Shown in pieces: positions 59,339 through 64,000 of a stretch of 64,000 nucleotides of DNA. The notes beneath the pieces were generated by a model. The model was not told where the DNA came from and searched no databases. It worked only from the letters and a program-made list of their open reading frames with translations. This DNA is from an uncultured Gemmatimonadales bacterium (GTDB taxonomy: Bacteria > Gemmatimonadota > Gemmatimonadetes > Longimicrobiales > Longimicrobiaceae): NCBI GenBank assembly GCA_963716255.1, contig OY970303.1:5280001-5344000 (forward strand), in the 5' to 3' direction. How positions within the stretch are numbered: the first letter of the stretch is position 1; every line of letters starts with the position of its first letter. The translations under genes and the position numbers were made by a program.

Positions 59339-60526
59339 CTAGAGCAAATAGCTGGTGAGGTTGTCGCGGTGCTTTTTCAGGTAGCGCATGAACGGCGTAC
59401 CGCCGGTGCCGACTTCCACCGGGTTCCCGGCGCTGCGCTGCGCCTGCGCGTGGATATAGAGCCCCGCGTACTCCAGGTGCTTCGCCTGAAACTCGTACAC
59501 CCCGTTGACGCACGCGTTGTAGACCGTGACCAGCGGGCTTGTCCGCTCCTGCCGCTGCAGGTAGGTACGGATCGACGGGCTCTGTTCCACATGGGCGATG
59601 AACGCCCGGTGTCTGGGCGGCATGTAGTCGCGCAGTTCGATCACGTGCTGGCGCAGGGGGTCGGACGTATAGCTGATCCCCAGCGCGGCGTGGATCGACG
59701 GGATGATTGAGCTCTGCGCGCCGGTTTCGCCCCGGAACGTTTGCGGCCGGCCCCCGTACGCCGCGACGCCGTCGTACCACATTCCCTGGGGCAGAGCCGG
59801 GTTGTCCTTCCAGCCGAAGATGAAAGGACGGACCCGCGTATAGTAGATGTAGGGGTCGCACTGCTCGGGCATGCGCGACAGGGTCGCCAGCATCTGCGAG
59901 AGCACGTCCGCGATGGTGCCCAGGCAGCGCTCCACCGTCTCGGCGTCGTCTCGCGTGACAGCCTCCTGCGCCGCGACGATCGCCTGCATCGCCGGACCCG
60001 CCCGACCCTCGATGTCGATGTGCACCAGGACGAACCAGTCCTCGTCGGCCCCCCCCAGGAAGTTCTCCAGGCGGGCGATGTTGCCGATGGCAACATCGCC
60101 CTCCGCATCGAACCGGCGCCAGTTGTTCAGCGCGTGCGAGGCGTAGGAGAGGACGGGCGGCCGCCCGAGCCGCTCGGCCACGGCATGCCAGGGCACGGCA
60201 ATGGTGGCGGGCAGCCGGTCCACGGGCTCACGGTCGCCCCAGACGTAGGCGTGGCCGAAGTAGGACAGGAGCAACATCGCCCTCGCGACATCGCCGGGAT
60301 CCGTCAGCGGAGCGGGATCGAGCTGTGGCAGGTCGCGGACGGTGCGGCGCACCGTTCCTGCGATCAACTGCTTGTCGAGTTCCCCGGCGAGCGCCTCCCA
60401 CGGAGCGAAGGCGTCCGGCAGGCGCGTCGTCGGATCTGTCTGGGGGAGAAACCCGTACCCCGGGTGGACATCGAACGCGGCCAGCACCGCTGACGAGGAA
60501 AGGTTCACGGCCGCGATATTTTCCAT
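59339..60526 (-). CDS. Indoleamine 2,3-dioxygenase-family heme enzyme
   Basis: 395 aa with GFLP, LGRPPVLSYA..LNNW, DEDWFVLVH, FY/YY..VRPFIFGWK, GETGAQSS, LRDYMP..HR.FI, KHL..A..YI (proximal His) and GTGGTPFM..LK. GGAG RBS upstream. Confidence 0.93.
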   Translation of the reverse strand: MENIAAVNLSSSAVLAAFDVHPGYGFLPQTDPTTRLPDAFAPWEALAGELDKQLIAGTVRRTVRDLPQLDPAPLTDPGDVARAMLLLSYFGHAYVWGDREPVDRLPATIAVPWHAVAERLGRPPVLSYASHALNNWRRFDAEGDVAIGNIARLENFLGGADEDWFVLVHIDIEGRAGPAMQAIVAAQEAVTRDDAETVERCLGTIADVLSQMLATLSRMPEQCDPYIYYTRVRPFIFGWKDNPALPQGMWYDGVAAYGGRPQTFRGETGAQSSIIPSIHAALGISYTSDPLRQHVIELRDYMPPRHRAFIAHVEQSPSIRTYLQRQERTSPLVTVYNACVNGVYEFQAKHLEYAGLYIHAQAQRSAGNPVEVGTGGTPFMRYLKKHRDNLTSYLL

Positions 60527-60711
60527 ATGTGCTCCAGGGGTGGCGGATCGGGGGGGCGCGCTCCGATCCCCCTGCGATATCAGTCATATGATAATCGGTC
60601 TCCAGAGGACAGTCCAGCAAAAGGCCTGGCCCCGTGCCCTTCGACGCCCTCACAAGGCCTTCAGGAACGGGAACGCGGACGAGGCCAGCTGGAGACGCAG
60701 GGGATACTTCG

Positions 60712-61021
60712 ATAGCCCTGGTCTGGGGTTTTGCCGTGGTGGCGGACTCCGCGCAGTGCAGCGCGGCGGTCACCGAGGCAGCGCCGGCGCACGCCGTGAC
60801 GGCGCTGACGTTCCAGACGGCGCTCGGCTTCCTGCTGACCTCGGTCACCCTCACGGCGGTGCCCCCCCCTGCGGGACGCCGGGGGGTGGCCGCTCGCGTT
60901 CGGCATCCTGGCGCTGGGGCCGGTGGCCGGGATCGCGGCGATGCGCCGGCTGGACGGTCTCCGAATTGCGGCCCCGGCAGGACAGGACACAGATGCCGCG
61001 CGGCAAACCGAACCTGGGTGA
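60712..61021 (+). pseudogene. 3' remnant of an MFS transporter, frameshifted
   Basis: IALVWGFAVVADSAQCSAAVTEAAPAHAVTALTFQTALGFLLTSVTL, a frameshift in the C-run at ~60862-60869, then LRDAGGWPLAFGILALGPVAGIAAMRRL...*. These are the last transmembrane helices of an MFS permease; no 5' part was found. Confidence 0.75.
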
Positions 61022-61740
61022 TGAGATCGACCGTGGATACCTTTCCCGAAAATGACACGAGCGCCCGCCGGATGGCCGGCCGGATCGCGGCCCTCCTCCC
61101 GGCGGGCGTGGCGCTGGACGTGCGCGAGATCGGCGACGCCGCCGGCTCCCTGTTCCCGGTCGAGCGCGAAGCCGTGGCGCGGGCCGTCGCGAAGAGGACG
61201 CGAGAGTTCTCGACCGGCCGCCTGTGCGCCCGCGCGGCGATGGCGGCCCTCGGGGTGCCGCCGCACCCCGTCCCGGTGGGGCCGCAGCGGGAACCCGTGT
61301 GGCCGGACGGGCTCGTCGGCACGATCAGCCATGGCGGCGATCTGTGCCTGGCCGCGGTGGCCAGAAAGGACCACGTGTTCGGCCTGGGCATCGACCTGGA
61401 GGTGGGGGACCCGCTGGACCCGGAGGTGCGCGGGCTGATCTGCACGCCGGACGAGCTTCGCAGCGCGCCCGCCTGGGCGGGCGCAGGGGTGGATCCGCAC
61501 AAGCTGGTCTTTTCGGCCAAGGAGGCGCTCTACAAGGTGCTCTTCCCGCACGCGCGGCGCTACATCGACTTCCTGGAGGTGGAGATCGGGATCGACGCGG
61601 ACACGGGCGCATGGCGGCCGACCACGCTGCCGCCGGACGTGAGCGGCCGCATGGGAGCCCCGATCGAGGGGAAGTTCCTGGTCGCGGAGGGATACGTGGT
61701 CACGGCGGCATGGGCGACCCCGTCCCCGGCGGGCGGCTAG
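61021..61740 (+). CDS. 4'-phosphopantetheinyl transferase (EntD/Sfp-like)
   Basis: KR.REF..GR.CAR.A, PVWPDGLVGTISH, LGIDLE and FSAKEALYK motifs. ATG 61021 overlaps the MFS remnant stop (TGATG). Confidence 0.93.
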   Translation: MRSTVDTFPENDTSARRMAGRIAALLPAGVALDVREIGDAAGSLFPVEREAVARAVAKRTREFSTGRLCARAAMAALGVPPHPVPVGPQREPVWPDGLVGTISHGGDLCLAAVARKDHVFGLGIDLEVGDPLDPEVRGLICTPDELRSAPAWAGAGVDPHKLVFSAKEALYKVLFPHARRYIDFLEVEIGIDADTGAWRPTTLPPDVSGRMGAPIEGKFLVAEGYVVTAAWATPSPAGG

Positions 61741-62008
61741 CGGTCGTCGCGTCCCTGCTTCCGCTGGTCCGGGGCTTCGCGGCGGTGCACCGAGGAGCCG
61801 GCCGATGACTTCCATCCCCTCGCGTGGCGTGACCTCGCGCGGCTTGCCGTTCGTCGCTATCCTCCCACCCCGCGACCGGACGGCATCGCGGATTCGCAGA
61901 TCGCGGGTCCGGGCGGTCCGCTGTTTCGTCGCATGACGGGGCAGGCACGGATGTAGCCAGAGGTACGCCGGGACCGACCGGAGCAATCGAATCCGAGAAC
62001 TGCCGATC

Positions 62009-64000
62009 ATGAACGAAAACACCAGGCGACCGGCCTCGCCGTCCGATGCGGGGCTCCCGGGTGGCGGTGAGATGGGCGCGCTCATGCGCGCGCACGACTG
62101 GTCGTCCACGCCGCTCGGCCCCGCGGAGGGGTGGCCGCAGAGCCTGCGCTCGGCGCTCGGCATCTGCCTCCACTCGCGCTATCCCATCGCGCTCTACTGG
62201 GGTCCCGAGCTCGCCCTGCTCTACAACGACGCGTGGAGCCCGATTCCGGGCGTCAAGCATCCCTGGGCGCTGGGCCGCCCCGGCCGCGAGGTCTGGCCCG
62301 AGATCTGGGACTCGATCGGTCCGCTCTTCGAGCGCGTCCTCGCGACCGGCGAGGGGATCTGGCAGGAGGACGAGCTGCTGCCCATGCGCCGGCACGGCTA
62401 CACCGAGGAGTGCTACTTCAACTTCACCTTCAGCCCGATCCCCGGCGAGGGCGGGCGCATCGAGGGCATCTTCAACGCGGTGGTGGAGACCACCTTCCGC
62501 GTGGTCGGCGAGCGGAGGACGCGCGTGCTGCGCGAGCTCGCCGAGCGCACGGCGGGGGCGCAGTCCGCGGAGGAAGTCTGCCGGCTCGCCGCCAGGGCGC
62601 TCGGGGAGGCATCCGCGGACCTGCCGTTCTGCCTCCTCTACCTGCTCGACGAGGAGAGCGGCGACCCCTGTGCGCGGCTCGCGGGCGCCGCCGGCATCGC
62701 GCCCGGTGGGCCTGCCAGCCCCATCACGGTGAGCGTGGCGGACGCGCCCTGGCCCTTCGGGCTCGTCCTGGAGACCGGCCGGGGCGTGGCTGTCGAGAAC
62801 ATCGCGGAGCAGTTCGCGGCCGCTCCGCCGGGCGGCCCCTGGCCCGAGCCGGGCGAACGCGCGCTCGTCGTGCCGATCACCCTCGCGACCCGGCCGGGCA
62901 GCCCCGCCGGCGTCCTCGTGGCCGGGATCAGCCCGCGCCGCGCCCTCGACGACGAGTACCGCGCGTTCGCCGAACGCGCCGCCGACCACATCGCCGCGGC
63001 CATCGGCAACGCCCGCGCCTACGAAGACGAGAGGCGGCGCGCCGAGGCGCTGGCGGAGCTGGACCGGGCAAAGACCGCCTTCTTCACCAACATCTCCCAC
63101 GAGTTCCGCACCCCGCTCACCCTGATCGCGGCGCCCGCGGAGGAGGCCGTCTCCGACCCTGCTCTCTCCGAGGCGGAGCACGCCCGCTGGGAGACGGTGC
63201 GGCGGAGCGGCCTGCGGCTCCAGAAGCTGGTCAACTCCCTGCTCGAGTTTTCCCGCATCGAGGCCGGGCGCGTCCAGGCGTCCTTCGAGCCGGTGGACCT
63301 CGCCGCCTACACGCGCGACCTGGCCAGTCTCTTCCGCTCGGCGATGGAGCGCGCCGGGCTGGGCCTGGCGGTGGACGTTGAGCCGCTGCCGGAGCCGGTG
63401 TACGTGGACCGCGACATGTGGGAGAAGATCGTCCTGAACCTGCTCTCCAACGCGTTCAAGCACACCTTCGAGGGACAGGTCGCCGTATCCCTGCACGCGG
63501 CCGGCGACCACGTGGAGCTGAAGGTGAGGGACACCGGCACCGGGATCCCGGAAGAGGAGCTCCCGCACGTCTTCGACCGCTTCCACCGCGTCAAGGGCGC
63601 GCTCTCGCGCACCCACGAGGGGACCGGGATCGGGCTCGCGCTGGTGAAGGAGCTGGTGGCGCTGCACGGGGGCGCGATCACCCTGGAGAGCGCGCCGAGC
63701 GTGGGCACCACGGCGACGGTGCGGCTGCCCTCCGGGTCCCGGCACCTTTCCGCCGAGACGATCGCGGCGGCCCCGTCGGGGGCCACGGGAAGCCGCAACG
63801 CCTCGGCGTTCGTGGAGGAGGCGCTGCGCTGGATTCCGCAGGATGGCGCACCCCCCTCCCCACTCGCAGGCGAGCTCCCCTCGGACGACGCCGTCCTGGA
63901 CGGGAATTCCACCACCTCCGGCATCCCACGGGGCCGGCGTGCCACGATCCTGGTCGCCGACGACAACGCGGACATGCGCGACTACCTGAGCCGGCTGCTC
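62009..64000 (+). CDS. Hybrid sensor histidine kinase (PAS/GAF-like - HisKA - HATPase - REC), runs off the right edge
   Basis: Not in the ORF track. Manual translation from ATG 62009: GGEMGALMRAHDWSSTPLG...WPQSL...LYNDAW...ECYFNFTFSPI...ELDRAKTAFFTNISHEFRTPLTL...NLLSNAFK...DTGTGI...GTGIGLALVKELVALHGG...ILVADDNADMRDYL. Confidence 0.92.
   Translation, partial: MNENTRRPASPSDAGLPGGGEMGALMRAHDWSSTPLGPAEGWPQSLRSALGICLHSRYPIALYWGPELALLYNDAWSPIPGVKHPWALGRPGREVWPEIWDSIGPLFERVLATGEGIWQEDELLPMRRHGYTEECYFNFTFSPIPGEGGRIEGIFNAVVETTFRVVGERRTRVLRELAERTAGAQSAEEVCRLAARALGEASADLPFCLLYLLDEESGDPCARLAGAAGIAPGGPASPITVSVADAPWPFGLVLETGRGVAVENIAEQFAAAPPGGPWPEPGERALVVPITLATRPGSPAGVLVAGISPRRALDDEYRAFAERAADHIAAAIGNARAYEDERRRAEALAELDRAKTAFFTNISHEFRTPLTLIAAPAEEAVSDPALSEAEHARWETVRRSGLRLQKLVNSLLEFSRIEAGRVQASFEPVDLAAYTRDLASLFRSAMERAGLGLAVDVEPLPEPVYVDRDMWEKIVLNLLSNAFKHTFEGQVAVSLHAAGDHVELKVRDTGTGIPEEELPHVFDRFHRVKGALSRTHEGTGIGLALVKELVALHGGAITLESAPSVGTTATVRLPSGSRHLSAETIAAAPSGATGSRNASAFVEEALRWIPQDGAPPSPLAGELPSDDAVLDGNSTTSGIPRGRRATILVADDNADMRDYLSRLL

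Noticed and set aside
59319..59861. 400-aa version of the AroM ORF
   Set aside because: The extension overlaps the IDO gene in another frame. AroM similarity starts at GTG 59318.
60634..61020. 368-aa membrane-anchored PPTase fusion suggested by the ORF track
   Set aside because: The hydrophobic segment is the frameshifted MFS remnant, whose own stop overlaps the PPTase start.
61700..63745. 681-aa minus-strand ORF
   Set aside because: Antisense shadow of the plus-strand histidine kinase.

Overview
A GC-rich window dominated by a ~54 kb nonribosomal peptide synthetase (NRPS) assembly line. Three collinear giant genes (~3980-16675, 16677-38141, 38143-58092) carry 4+6+6 = 16 modules and end in a thioesterase. 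Tailoring domains inside the line are two backbone N-methyltransferases (modules 1 and 7), a protein-arginine-methyltransferase (PRMT)-like domain inserted in the module 5 A domain, and three dual epimerisation/condensation (E/C) domains. Manually read specificity codes suggest NMe-Val/Ile - Tyr - Thr - Gly*(Asp235->Asn) - X(Me) - Gly - NMe-Thr - Gln-like? - Ser - acidic X - D-His - X - Gln-like - D-X - X' - X. Several of these codes I do not recognise, and I cannot match the architecture to a known compound. Downstream lie a convergent indoleamine 2,3-dioxygenase (IDO) + AroM-family gene pair, a broken MFS remnant coupled to a phosphopantetheinyl transferase, and a hybrid histidine kinase running off the right edge. 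Upstream are a divergent condensation-domain gene running off the left edge, an intact IS630 element and an IS5-family remnant. The NRPS style resembles Longimicrobium-like Gemmatimonadota, but this is inference only. Domain and repeat boundaries are approximate and were read by eye.
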